The translations under genes were made by a program, and so were the position numbers. The notes under the pieces were generated by a model. That model searched no databases, was not told the DNA's origin, and saw only the letters and a list, made by a program, of their open reading frames with translations. From a virus, in the IMG/VR virus record IMGVR_UViG_3300044819_000016, positions 19,042 through 83,041 of that record: a DNA stretch of 64,000 nt, one strand, 5' to 3'. This document shows positions 20,149 through 29,227 of this stretch, piece by piece (the first letter of the stretch is position 1; every line of letters starts with the position of its first letter).

Positions 20149-20541
20149 ATGAGCAAGCCGCATGCAACATACAAAATCTTCTCCGGCGCAGTGATGTCGG
20201 GGACGAACACGATCGTGTCAGTCGCGATCGAGACGTCAATGATCGACGTCGCCGCTGGCGTCGAGTTTCAGATCACAGGCAACCCTACTGCTGGCGCCGG
20301 ATTTACGTTGGAGGGTTCGAACCAGTACGATCCGTTCAATAATCCGAACGCGACGTTTATTCCACTGGCTGTTGCTATGACCCCTGCACTCACGAGCCCT
20401 ACAGCGGGAGCGCCGGCTTCGCAGTTGTGCGCATTCAGCCCCACGTCGCATCTACCATTTCGTTGGCTCCGGTTCCGATATGTAAACGCATCCGGATCCG
20501 GTACCATAGATGCCTGGGTCAATCACACGGGAGCCGCGTAG
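20149..20541 (+). CDS. Small beta-sandwich-like protein, paralog 3 of 4
   Basis: EGSNQYDPFNNPNATF and RWLRFRYVNASGSG motifs. Confidence 0.75.
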   Translation: MSKPHATYKIFSGAVMSGTNTIVSVAIETSMIDVAAGVEFQITGNPTAGAGFTLEGSNQYDPFNNPNATFIPLAVAMTPALTSPTAGAPASQLCAFSPTSHLPFRWLRFRYVNASGSGTIDAWVNHTGAA

Positions 20542-20543
20542 TC

Positions 20544-20930
20544 GTGCGCCGAATCCTGAATACGAAACTCGTCGACCCAGCGGGAACGAACAACATGACC
20601 GGAACGGCCACGATCTTGTCGTCCGCCATCGAGACGTTTCCTTATGACAACTCCATTTCGTTCGAGATCCAGGCGACCGGGACACCGACTGGGACCCTCA
20701 CGATGGAGGAGTCGAGCCAATACGATCCGGTGAACAACCCGAACGCCGCTTTCGTGCCCATGAATCCAATCTTCAATGGAGTCGCTATTCCGACGTTCTC
20801 AGGCGCTCCCGTGTCGGCGTTCTGTACTCACACGCGCGCGGCCATGGGGAAATGGCTTCGACTTCGATACGTCAACTCTTCCGGGTCGGGACAACTCTCG
20901 ATCTGGGCCTTCGGAAAAGGGAAAAACTGA
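20544..20930 (+). CDS. Small beta-sandwich-like protein, paralog 4 of 4
   Basis: EESSQYDPVNNPNAAF and KWLRLRYVNSSGSG motifs; GTG start. Confidence 0.75.
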   Translation: MRRILNTKLVDPAGTNNMTGTATILSSAIETFPYDNSISFEIQATGTPTGTLTMEESSQYDPVNNPNAAFVPMNPIFNGVAIPTFSGAPVSAFCTHTRAAMGKWLRLRYVNSSGSGQLSIWAFGKGKN

Positions 20931-20931
20931 A

Positions 20932-21264
20932 ATGGCAATCGATCCGAATCCGCTACGCAACCGAATCAAGATCATCCTGACGACAGCCGCTCTCACCATC
21001 GCGTCCTTGGCGGCCTCCGAGAAGGTATGGGGGCCACTGATCCCGACGTGGCTGCTCGCCGACCTCGACAAAGGCATCGGCCTCGCGGAACACCTCGCAG
21101 TCCTGGCCGGTGTCCTCGGCGCCAGTCCGCTCGGGCGCCTGATCTGGAAGGGCGATGGCCCCGATCTGTCGCCGCTGACCCAAGCCAATCACACGCCGTC
21201 GGGGACCGACGTCGTGATCACCCAGTCCCTCAAGAAGCCGCCCACGGAAGGATCCAAGTCATGA
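20932..21264 (+). CDS. Holin-like membrane protein
   Basis: Two hydrophobic segments; first gene of the lysis-like cluster. Confidence 0.45.
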   Translation: MAIDPNPLRNRIKIILTTAALTIASLAASEKVWGPLIPTWLLADLDKGIGLAEHLAVLAGVLGASPLGRLIWKGDGPDLSPLTQANHTPSGTDVVITQSLKKPPTEGSKS

Positions 21265-21632
21265 AACGTCTCACCTCGATCGTTGTCGTCGCGTTCGCTC
21301 TCTCCGGTGCTCTGTCGTGCGCCCACCTCCATCCTGGCGCCGTCGTCTCATGCTTGGAGAACTTCGCTCCCGGCCTCGTGACGAACGCGATGGGCGTCAT
21401 CTACCAGGCCATCGAGCAGGGCTTGGCATCCGGCAACACCGAGGCCGCGATTCTGATCAGCCTGGAGAAGCTGGCCGTCGGGTTCGCCCCCGACGTCTGG
21501 CAGTGCGCAATGCAGGGAGTGTCCAGCCCCGACAGCGGGCCCTCGGTCTCGACCACGGCTGACAAGGCGATCGCCGCCGCTATCGCCGCGGACTACATCT
21601 CGGCCCACTCTGCCGCCGGCTCCCGGAAGTGA
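21261..21632 (+). CDS. Putative lipoprotein
   Basis: MKRLTSIVVVAFALSGALSC signal peptide and lipobox. Confidence 0.6.
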   Translation: MKRLTSIVVVAFALSGALSCAHLHPGAVVSCLENFAPGLVTNAMGVIYQAIEQGLASGNTEAAILISLEKLAVGFAPDVWQCAMQGVSSPDSGPSVSTTADKAIAAAIAADYISAHSAAGSRK

Positions 21633-22387
21633 TCCCGAAGAACGCAAGGCTCGGCAAGCTGGCTGCGCGGCATGACGGCAGGACATTGCTCCTGGCCAAT
21701 TATTTGCACACGTCTCAGCTCCCGGCGCCGCCGTTCCATCAGAACTGGGCGGCGCTCGCCTCGACGAACTGGGGAATGCTCGGGAACGATTCGGCCGGCG
21801 ACTGCACATGTGCTGCTGCGGCACACGCCATCCAGACCTGGACGGCGAACACCGGCGCCGAGGTCACGATGTCGACCGACGATGTCCTCGCCACCTACTC
21901 GGCGCTGACCGGGTACGACCCTGCCGATCCGGACACCGACAAGGGCGCCGTTGAGCTGGACGTCCTGACCCACTGGCGAGCGAACGGCATCGGGCCCTCG
22001 AAGCTGGCGGCGTTCATGGCGTGCGAGCCAGGGAACCAGGATCATGTCAAGGCGGCGATCGATCTGTTCGGTGGGCTCTACATCGGCGTCCGGCTCCCGA
22101 AGTCGGCGCAGACCCAGCGCGTCTGGTCCGTACCGCCCGGCGGCCCCATTGGCGACGCCGCCCCCGGCTCCTGGGGCGGTCACGCGATCTGGGTCGTCAG
22201 CTATGACGCGACCGGCGTCACCTGCGTGACGTGGGGGGCCCTTCAGCGCATGACCTGGGGCTGGTTCGCCACCTACTGCGACGAAGCCTACGCGTTGCTC
22301 TCCGACTCGCTGTGGTCCGCGCCAGGACGTCTGGCGCCATGCGGGTTCGCGTTCGCCGATCTGCAATCCGATCTCGCTCTCCTGTGA
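21629..22387 (+). CDS. Papain-like (C1-type) cysteine peptidase
   Basis: MLGNDSAGDCTCAA (Cys), WGGHAIWVVSYD (His), VTWG. Confidence 0.7.
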   Translation: MIPKNARLGKLAARHDGRTLLLANYLHTSQLPAPPFHQNWAALASTNWGMLGNDSAGDCTCAAAAHAIQTWTANTGAEVTMSTDDVLATYSALTGYDPADPDTDKGAVELDVLTHWRANGIGPSKLAAFMACEPGNQDHVKAAIDLFGGLYIGVRLPKSAQTQRVWSVPPGGPIGDAAPGSWGGHAIWVVSYDATGVTCVTWGALQRMTWGWFATYCDEAYALLSDSLWSAPGRLAPCGFAFADLQSDLALL

Positions 22388-22394
22388 GGTAACC

Positions 22395-22901
22395 ATGCCG
22401 ACCGACTTCGTCTCGAAGATGCTCGAATTCGCCTACGCCGAGGTCGGCGCGCGGGAGACCCCGGGCCAGCGGAACCGCGGCCCCCAGGTGGATCAATACT
22501 GCCGGGACATCGGACACGACCCGACGAAGGGCGATCCATGGTGCGTCATCTTCGTCGCCGCCATGGCCAAGCGCGCCGCCGACTTCCTCGGGATCAAGTG
22601 CCCGGTGCCGCTCGTCGCCGGCTGCTGGACGGTGGATCAGGATTCCCCGCCCATCGTCCGAACCATGACTCCGACCTCGGGCTCCATCTTTCTGACCCTC
22701 CTGCACAAGCACTGCGGACTCGTCACCGACGTCTGGGACGACGGCACGCTTAGTTCAGTTGAAGGAAATACGGACCCCGCCGGCTCCGCTGAAGGTGACG
22801 GCGTCTACCTCAGAACCACGCGAAAGAAGACCGACATGGCCATCTTCCTGGACTTCAATCTGCTCGGCAATCTCAGCAACCAAAGGCCCCTTGTCGGATG
22901 A
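22395..22901 (+). CDS. CHAP-domain endolysin/amidase
   Basis: EVGARE...NRGPQVDQY...PWCVIFV...HCGLV...SVEGNT. Confidence 0.8.
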   Translation: MPTDFVSKMLEFAYAEVGARETPGQRNRGPQVDQYCRDIGHDPTKGDPWCVIFVAAMAKRAADFLGIKCPVPLVAGCWTVDQDSPPIVRTMTPTSGSIFLTLLHKHCGLVTDVWDDGTLSSVEGNTDPAGSAEGDGVYLRTTRKKTDMAIFLDFNLLGNLSNQRPLVG

Positions 22902-23244
22902 GCGTCGCAACAGTGGAGGCCCTGGGGGCGGAAGCGGAGGGAATGGTCCGGTCACAGCCCGTGTCGACATCTCACGAACCGTCGCACATGAGCTTGGCCG
23001 CGCAGTATCGCGCGCTGGCTATCTGGCGGTCGAGACTGGAGACAACCTCACGATCCTTGGAGACACGATCGAGGGCCATACGACGGCTCGGAAACGAGCT
23101 ATTGTCCTTGCCCTCCTCAGGGAGCTAGAGGACGCCAAGGGCGATCTCGCCGCCGTCATCGAGCGATGCGAGGACGCTACCGAGATGGTCCGCCGGGTGG
23201 CCGAGGACATGACCCTGGAGATGGCAAATGCCAACCGAAGGTGA
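22891..23244 (+). CDS. Hypothetical helical protein (TTG start inferred)
   Basis: Frame ending at 23244 has the better codon usage and couples to the next gene. Confidence 0.45.
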   Translation: MSDERRNSGGPGGGSGGNGPVTARVDISRTVAHELGRAVSRAGYLAVETGDNLTILGDTIEGHTTARKRAIVLALLRELEDAKGDLAAVIERCEDATEMVRRVAEDMTLEMANANRR

Positions 23245-23635
23245 CGTTTCCGGTGAGCACCAGTCCATCGGGCCAGCGACCCGTACCAAGCTGAGCCTGG
23301 CCCAGTTCGTCACGATCGTCGGCGCCGTCGTCGCCATGACCGCGACTGCCCTGGCGACGTTCTACGCCCTGCGGGCCCGCGACGATCTCCAGGACGCGAA
23401 GCAGGGCGCCCTCGAAGGGGCGTTCGCCCGGCACCTTGCCGATCTGAACGCCCACATGCCCGAGAACTTCCAGCGGGCCCACGGCGAGCCGGTCGGTTCC
23501 TTCGACTTCCGCGTGACGATCGACCGGCTGGAGAAGAACCTCGAAGAGATCCAGAAGCGCCCATTCGTGCTCGACGGCGACACCTGCCGCCCGGTCCACG
23601 GCGGCACTCTCTGTCAGCAGAAGTACCCGCCATGA
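23228..23635 (+). CDS. Single-TM membrane protein (possible spanin-like)
   Basis: LAQFVTIVGAVVAMTATALATFYAL TM segment followed by a helical region. Confidence 0.5.
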   Translation: MPTEGDVSGEHQSIGPATRTKLSLAQFVTIVGAVVAMTATALATFYALRARDDLQDAKQGALEGAFARHLADLNAHMPENFQRAHGEPVGSFDFRVTIDRLEKNLEEIQKRPFVLDGDTCRPVHGGTLCQQKYPP

Positions 23636-24321
23636 TCCTGTCGGCGGCCGAGCAGAAGAAGCTCGTTGCCGCCCATCTGAAGCTGGCCCAGGCCGCCGCC
23701 GCCAAGGCCCGCGCCACGATGCCCGACACGGTCGAGCTTGCTGATCTGATCCAGGAGGCGACGATCGGTCTGATTGGAGCCGCCAGGCGGTTCGACCCAG
23801 CCAAGGGCGAGGACTTCGCCTCCTACGCCTACTCGCGCTGTCTCGGCGCCGCGAAGGACTACGTCCGGAGCCTCGATCCTATCTCGCGTGACGCGCGCCG
23901 CTACCAGCGCAAGATCAGGTCAACGGCTCACGCCCTCGAACTGGAGCCCGAGGGCGTGAGCCAGGAGGCCATCGCCGCGCGCATGGGCGTGAGCCTGGAG
24001 CGTTTCCATGCCATGGTCCTGTGGGGGGCGCCCGGCGGCTCCTCCATCGGCCTGGATGAGCCTGGCGTCATCCCGTTGATGCGCTCGAAGGATCCATCCC
24101 CCGAGGACCAGGTCGAGCGGTCACAACTCCTGGAGCGACTGGCCGGCGCCATCTCCAGGCTTCCCCATCGTCTCCAGGTAATCACCCTAGCGTGGCTCGA
24201 CGGCTGGCTGATGGCGGATATCGGCGTGGCAATCGAGCGCACCGAGTCGCGCGTCTGCCAGCTACTGCAAACCGCGGTCGAGATGATCCGAGACGACATC
24301 GGGCCAACTTCGAATGGATGA
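23632..24321 (+). CDS. RNA polymerase sigma factor, FliA/WhiG (sigma-28)-like
   Basis: DLIQEATIGLIGAARRFDPAKG...FASYA...DYVRSLD (region 2); DIG...TESRVCQL (region 4). Confidence 0.9.
   Translation: MILSAAEQKKLVAAHLKLAQAAAAKARATMPDTVELADLIQEATIGLIGAARRFDPAKGEDFASYAYSRCLGAAKDYVRSLDPISRDARRYQRKIRSTAHALELEPEGVSQEAIAARMGVSLERFHAMVLWGAPGGSSIGLDEPGVIPLMRSKDPSPEDQVERSQLLERLAGAISRLPHRLQVITLAWLDGWLMADIGVAIERTESRVCQLLQTAVEMIRDDIGPTSNG
24301..24310 (+). promoter_or_regulatory. GGGCYAACTT element, 7 nt before the ruvC ATG
   Basis: One of at least 9 exact copies at gene boundaries. Confidence 0.7.
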
Positions 24322-24851
24322 GCACACTTTATGGAGGAATCGATCCAGGCAAAGACGGATGCCTGGCAACCATCGACAAGGATGACGGCTCCGTCGTGTT
24401 CTTCGACACCCCGACGGCCGAGACGGTCAAGGCGGGAAAAACCAAGCTCGGCAACGAGCGCCACAAGCGCATCTACCTGGCCCACGAGATGGCGGACTTC
24501 CTCCGACAGCTGAAGCCTCACCTGGTCAGCGTGACCATCGAGGAAGCCCTCGCGATGCCCGGGAAGGCCGGGCGCCCGATGCCGGCTCAATCAGCGCTGG
24601 AGACCGGGCTCGGGTTCGGCATCTGGCTTGGGATCCTCGTGGCGCTCGAAATCCCCTTCAGGCGCGTTCATCCCGCGACGTGGAAGGCCGCTCTCCTGGC
24701 AGGCCAGCCGAAGGTCAAAGAGGCGGTCGTCCCGTTCGTCTGCAACCTCTACCCGCAGGCGGCGCCCTATCTCCGTGGTCCCAAGGGGGGATTGCTGGTG
24801 GACCGAGCGGACGCGACCCTCATCGCTCACTGGGGGAAGACCCAGGGCTGA
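24318..24851 (+). CDS. ruvC: RuvC-like Holliday junction resolvase
   Basis: GIDPGKDG...IEE...GFGIWLG...VHPATWK...DRADATLIA. Confidence 0.85.
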   Translation: MSTLYGGIDPGKDGCLATIDKDDGSVVFFDTPTAETVKAGKTKLGNERHKRIYLAHEMADFLRQLKPHLVSVTIEEALAMPGKAGRPMPAQSALETGLGFGIWLGILVALEIPFRRVHPATWKAALLAGQPKVKEAVVPFVCNLYPQAAPYLRGPKGGLLVDRADATLIAHWGKTQG

Positions 24852-24873
24852 GCACCAAATAGTCACCAACTTG

Positions 24874-24907
24874 GCCCCGCCATCCCACGTGGATCGCGGG
24901 GCTTTTT
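24874..24907 (+). terminator. Rho-independent terminator
   Basis: GCCCCGC...GCGGGGC stem followed by TTTTT after ruvC. Confidence 0.75.
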
Positions 24908-24926
24908 CGTGCCTGTACGATTCTGT

Positions 24927-24954
24927 TTGCAAAGTTTTTCAGTTACGGTAGTGT
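24927..24954 (+). promoter_or_regulatory. Sigma70-type promoter, AGTTACGGTA family
   Basis: TTGCAA-16-TAGTGT; core shared with the sites at 43601, 45890 and 58326. Confidence 0.7.
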
Positions 24955-24995
24955 TCATTTCGTCGGCAGCAACCAACTTCGAAAGGACCACCACC

Positions 24996-25136
24996 ATGAC
25001 CAATCCCATCAAGCCCGGCCAGACCTTCTACCGCTACCGCGTCAACTCCTCCCGCGACTCTGCGCGTGTCGAGGTCGCCGAGGTCACGAGCGTCACGGAC
25101 AAGGTGGCGTTCGCCCGAGCCGGAGGGGAGCGATGA
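24996..25136 (+). CDS. Small hypothetical protein
   Basis: AAGGA RBS; first ORF after the promoter. Confidence 0.55.
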   Translation: MTNPIKPGQTFYRYRVNSSRDSARVEVAEVTSVTDKVAFARAGGER

Positions 25137-25843
25137 ATCCCACCACGCTCGAACACATCAAGGACCAGTCCCACTGGGTCGCCACCAGGCTCGGCAAGTT
25201 CTTCCATGGCTTCGAGCAGGACATCGAGCAGGAGGCATGGGTCGCTTGCCTGGAGGCCGCCAAACATCACGACCCGACGAAGCCGGGGGCGAAGGGACAC
25301 TTCTACCGCTGCGCCCTGCTCCAGGTGACGCCACGGGCAAATCGCTGGATGGCCGTGACGTCCCTGTCGAAGGTTGCCAGCCGCGCCGGCAACGTCGGAT
25401 CGAGGCAGAGGAACATGACCGTCGATGTCAAGCCCGGTTTAATCCGGCTCAAGAGCTACCGAGCCTTTGGAAGGTCGTCCTCGATCGGCGCGGGCGCCGA
25501 GCAGGCGGAGGAGTTCGACGTCTTCCCGCCCGTTCCGTTCGCGGAGGAGTCGCTCGAATCCGTCGTGCTCCTCGCCCAGCGCGAGGTGACGCGACTCAGG
25601 GCCAAGCGCCGCCGGATCATCGACCGCCTGACCCGGAACGACACCGAGGTCTGCGACATCGGATGCTTGCTGCTGGGGATCGACCGAGCCCCGGTGAGCG
25701 TAGTGGTGGCGGCGAAGCGCCTCGGTATCGACCTGGACGACGCCAAGAAGCTTGCAGCACGGTGGAGGAAGTTGCTCAAGGGGGATCCGCGAGTGGCGGA
25801 GTTGACCAAACACATCGAAGACATCGAGGAGAATCTCCCATGA
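25133..25843 (+). CDS. Divergent sigma-70-family-like protein
   Basis: QDIEQEAWVACLEAAKHHDPTK resembles region 2; VVAAKRLGIDLDDAKK resembles a region-4 HTH. Confidence 0.55.
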   Translation: MNPTTLEHIKDQSHWVATRLGKFFHGFEQDIEQEAWVACLEAAKHHDPTKPGAKGHFYRCALLQVTPRANRWMAVTSLSKVASRAGNVGSRQRNMTVDVKPGLIRLKSYRAFGRSSSIGAGAEQAEEFDVFPPVPFAEESLESVVLLAQREVTRLRAKRRRIIDRLTRNDTEVCDIGCLLLGIDRAPVSVVVAAKRLGIDLDDAKKLAARWRKLLKGDPRVAELTKHIEDIEENLP

Positions 25844-26307
25844 AGCGATCAGAGGAAAGTCAGCGTCTTTACGACGAGCGGCTCAAGCGGGCCCGAGCGA
25901 CGGGGTTCATCCCTGTCGACGAAGCCGCCGAGCTGGTGGTGATGCCGCGGTCGAACATCTACCACTGGATCAGGAGCGGCGAGATCCGGACCCAGAACTG
26001 GGCCGGCGCCAACACGCGCCCCGTCCTGGTGTCGATCGCCGATCTGAAGTCCAAGGTCCCAACCGCGTTCGGAGGTGGAGACGTGCCTCCGAGGACCACC
26101 CCGCAGACCAGGCTCCATCGGGTCCACCAGTTGATCCCTCGGCACGCCCGGGCGCTGCCCGGTGTCGACGTGACGGCGTGCGGGATCAGGGACGGAGGGC
26201 CGAGCGTGAAATTCGGCGCGAACATCCGCGCCATCACCTGCCCGAAGTGCAAGGTGCTTCGGAAGGTCAGGGGACACCGAGCGAAGAAGGGAGGGAAGGC
26301 GTCATGA
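25840..26307 (+). CDS. Excisionase-type HTH DNA-binding protein with Cys-rich tail
   Basis: VDEAAELVVMPRSNIYHWIRSGEI; C-terminal CPKC. Confidence 0.65.
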   Translation: MKRSEESQRLYDERLKRARATGFIPVDEAAELVVMPRSNIYHWIRSGEIRTQNWAGANTRPVLVSIADLKSKVPTAFGGGDVPPRTTPQTRLHRVHQLIPRHARALPGVDVTACGIRDGGPSVKFGANIRAITCPKCKVLRKVRGHRAKKGGKAS

Positions 26308-26591
26308 TCAAGTTCGAGAAGATCAAGCCAGGGATGGTCCTGTACGACGTCCACACCTACCAGATAGGGAACACCACGCTGCGGTCGTATGGGGAGTGGG
26401 AGGTGCAGATCATCGAGGTCTATCCCGAAACCCGCTCCGCCAGCGTGTCGTGGAACGGCAACCGACCAGAGGTTTGGCGGGAGAAGCAACTGAAGGGGCT
26501 GCGCGCGAAGCCGACTGAAATGGTTCGCGGTTTCCTCGGGAGCCGGCGACCCGCGAAGAAGCACGAGAAGAAGGGAGCAAAGGCACCATGA
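26304..26591 (+). CDS. Hypothetical protein
   Basis: ATGA overlap with RBS. Confidence 0.6.
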   Translation: MIKFEKIKPGMVLYDVHTYQIGNTTLRSYGEWEVQIIEVYPETRSASVSWNGNRPEVWREKQLKGLRAKPTEMVRGFLGSRRPAKKHEKKGAKAP

Positions 26592-26803
26592 GCGTCACGC
26601 GCGTCGTACCAGAGACCGACGGAGAACAGGCTATCCGTTGGTGCAAACTGGCGGGTGATCGGCTGAAAAAAATTTGGCGTCTGGAGGCTCGCATCCGCGA
26701 GCAGGATGCCGCCCTGAATGAGAAGGATCGTCTCCTGAAAGTCGCTGAGGAGAACGCGGCGGCTCTGAGGATTGCGGTTGCCGCATTGTGGGAACGACGA
26801 TGA
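26588..26803 (+). CDS. Small coiled-coil protein
   Basis: ATGA overlaps at both ends. Confidence 0.55.
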   Translation: MSVTRVVPETDGEQAIRWCKLAGDRLKKIWRLEARIREQDAALNEKDRLLKVAEENAAALRIAVAALWERR

Positions 26804-28206
26804 AGATCACAGCCGACAACCTGTGGGCGCACGTCGAGGGGACACAAGCGGAGCGCGACTTGCTCCGCCTGTACCTGACGGTCCAGGTCAAGAACGCGGA
26901 GCACACGGAGTCGTACCAGAGCGGGCATTGGGATGGGACGGTGAAGTTGTTCGACGGTCGGCGGGAGCGGTTCGCGACTGGGCTCGTCCGCATGGTTGTC
27001 GGCTACTGCCGCGAGAAGGGTGTACCGGCCGAGGTCGTGGATGCGAGGGCTCCGCACGAGACGCGCATCCTTCCCGGCGGGGGATGGCTCCGTCAGTACC
27101 AGGCGGAGGCGGTGGAGGCGATGGTCCGCCGGGGACGAGGGATCCTGATGGCTCCGACCGGCGCGGGGAAGACGGAGATCGCCGCCCGGCTCACCCAGGC
27201 CATCCCTTGCCGCTGGCTGATCCTGGTGGACACCCGCGACCTGATGCACCAGATGGCCGAACGGATTGCCCTGAGGACAGGAGAGCCCGGCGGCCTGGCT
27301 GGGGACGGTGAGTGGTCGCCGCGTAGGGTGACCGTGGCGACCCTCCAGACCCTGCTCCAGGGGATAGGCCAAGGCGGCCCCGTGGATCGCCTCCTGGAGG
27401 GAGCCCAGGGGCTCATAGCGGACGAGGTACAGGTCCTCGCCGCCGACGAGTTCAGGAAGGTCGCGATGGCCACCCCGAACGCCTGGTGGAGGTTCGGAAT
27501 CTCGGCCACGCCGCTCGAACGCGAGGACGAGGCGGACTACCGGGCCATCGAGGCGCTTGGGCCATTGATCCACGAGATTCCGGTGGAGACCCTGTTCGAA
27601 CTGGGGCACCTGGCTCGCCCCGAGATCCTGATGGTCGAGTTCCCGCAGCCCAGGATGACCGGCAGCTACCCGGAGATCTACGAAGCCGGGGTGGTCTTGT
27701 CGGACGCCCGCAACGCCCTGGTGGCCAAACTCGCCGCTCGATACCACGCTCCGCGCCCGACGCTGGTGTTCTTCAAGTCCATCTATCACGGGAAGGTCCT
27801 GGCTCGGGAGATCGGCAAGACCGCGGAGGTCGAGGTGGTCTCTGGCGTCCACGGGACGAAACAGCGCGACAAAGCACGGGGCAGACTCACCCGTGGCCAC
27901 ACCGAGGTTCTGATCACGAGTCGAATCTTCAACAAGGGGATCGACATCCCTGAAGCCCGCTCCGGCATCAACGCCGCGGGGGGCGCCAGTCGGATCGACG
28001 CCCTCCAGAAGGTCGGGCGCGGGATGCGGGTGGTACCCGGCAAAACGACCTTCAGGTACTGGGACATCTTGGACACCGGGAATTACAACCTGGAGGGCCA
28101 CGCCAGGAAGCGCATCGAAGCGTACCGAAGCCGAAACTACAACGTGCGAGTCGTCCGCCAGCGGGAGCTGGACGCCGTGCTCGCCCAGATGGAGAACACA
28201 CCATGA
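26800..28206 (+). CDS. SF2 helicase (UvsW/XPB-like)
   Basis: LRQYQ, APTGAGKT, IADEVQ, SATP, GIDIP, QKVGRGMR. Confidence 0.9.
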   Translation: MKITADNLWAHVEGTQAERDLLRLYLTVQVKNAEHTESYQSGHWDGTVKLFDGRRERFATGLVRMVVGYCREKGVPAEVVDARAPHETRILPGGGWLRQYQAEAVEAMVRRGRGILMAPTGAGKTEIAARLTQAIPCRWLILVDTRDLMHQMAERIALRTGEPGGLAGDGEWSPRRVTVATLQTLLQGIGQGGPVDRLLEGAQGLIADEVQVLAADEFRKVAMATPNAWWRFGISATPLEREDEADYRAIEALGPLIHEIPVETLFELGHLARPEILMVEFPQPRMTGSYPEIYEAGVVLSDARNALVAKLAARYHAPRPTLVFFKSIYHGKVLAREIGKTAEVEVVSGVHGTKQRDKARGRLTRGHTEVLITSRIFNKGIDIPEARSGINAAGGASRIDALQKVGRGMRVVPGKTTFRYWDILDTGNYNLEGHARKRIEAYRSRNYNVRVVRQRELDAVLAQMENTP

Positions 28207-28451
28207 CCACGCCATTCCGAGTTGAAAAAGGTGTCCCAATCCCAGAGCCCTCCCTGAAGTATCCATTCGCCGAAATGCAGGTTGGCGATTCGTTCTTCGT
28301 CCCTGGGGGAGACGTCAGGAGCCGCCTGTCTGTTGCGATCTCCGCATGGAAAAAGAGTCACCCCGGAGACGACTTCACGATGCGGAAAGGAGCCATCGCA
28401 GGGGACCGGACGGAGTTGGTCCATGGGTTCCGCGTCTGGAGGACAAAGTGA
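28203..28451 (+). CDS. Small phage protein, putative DNA-binding
   Basis: EKGVPIP...KYPFAEMQVGDSFFVP...RVWR is a common phage motif. Confidence 0.65.
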   Translation: MTTPFRVEKGVPIPEPSLKYPFAEMQVGDSFFVPGGDVRSRLSVAISAWKKSHPGDDFTMRKGAIAGDRTELVHGFRVWRTK

Positions 28452-29227
28452 CCACGATTGAGTTCCCGAAGTACACCGGGGTCCGCTGCCTGATGATGCC
28501 CTACATCCAGGGCGAGCCCGATTCCCTGCCGGCGGATTACGATGCCTATCGCGACATCGTCTCGACGGTGTTCCTGCGCAAGGGAGAGGTCGGCTTCCTG
28601 ACCATCGACGAGTCGCTGGCCAAGGCCGGGACGCCGCACCGTGGGGCCCGGGCGCACTACCCTCGGGCGCTGCACACGGAAGCTGGGATCGTGCGCGAGG
28701 TCTATTGCTGGGGCAGCAGCGCCCCGACCTACGGGTGGGGAAGCCCGCCGGCCCCCACCTACGGATGGGGTGGGGCCCCGACGCCGGTCCCGAGTTGGGG
28801 TGGCCGGCGCGCGGTCACGCTGGACCGTGACGTCCGGATCCTGATCGCCTCCAACCTGGCGGACACCTGCGCCGTCTGGGACGCGGAGCATGAGGACACC
28901 TCGGACGACGGCGACATCGGGCACCTGGCCGACGAGTATCCATACCGAGACGCGGTCCTCCTGGCGGCAGGCGAGGTTCGAGAGATCGGGATCTTGACGC
29001 CACACGAAAGCCTGCCGGTGCAGCGCGATGTCCGTCGCCAGTTCCTGCGCATCGTCGGGGCCGGCGTGCATGGCCGAGAACCCTACTTCACCGAGAACCC
29101 GCTGGGTGACACCATAGAGTGCGCCTGTGGCTGCGGGAGATCGTTTCTGCGTTTCGATCCCAGCGGACGCCCGCGCAAATTCATCTCTGGGCACAACGGC
29201 TTCAAGGGACTGGTGACCCATGTCTAA
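28448..29227 (+). CDS. Putative 2OG-Fe(II) oxygenase-like protein with C-terminal CACGCG motif
   Basis: LTIDE...HTE...TPHES...RQFLR resembles the HxD/E...H...R pattern of the double-stranded beta-helix fold. Confidence 0.5.
   Translation: MTTIEFPKYTGVRCLMMPYIQGEPDSLPADYDAYRDIVSTVFLRKGEVGFLTIDESLAKAGTPHRGARAHYPRALHTEAGIVREVYCWGSSAPTYGWGSPPAPTYGWGGAPTPVPSWGGRRAVTLDRDVRILIASNLADTCAVWDAEHEDTSDDGDIGHLADEYPYRDAVLLAAGEVREIGILTPHESLPVQRDVRRQFLRIVGAGVHGREPYFTENPLGDTIECACGCGRSFLRFDPSGRPRKFISGHNGFKGLVTHV

Noticed and set aside
22898-23128. Alternative-frame ORF MSVATVEAL... as a nested spanin-like gene
   Set aside because: It has no lipobox or TM segment; the overlapping frame ending at 23244 has better codon usage.
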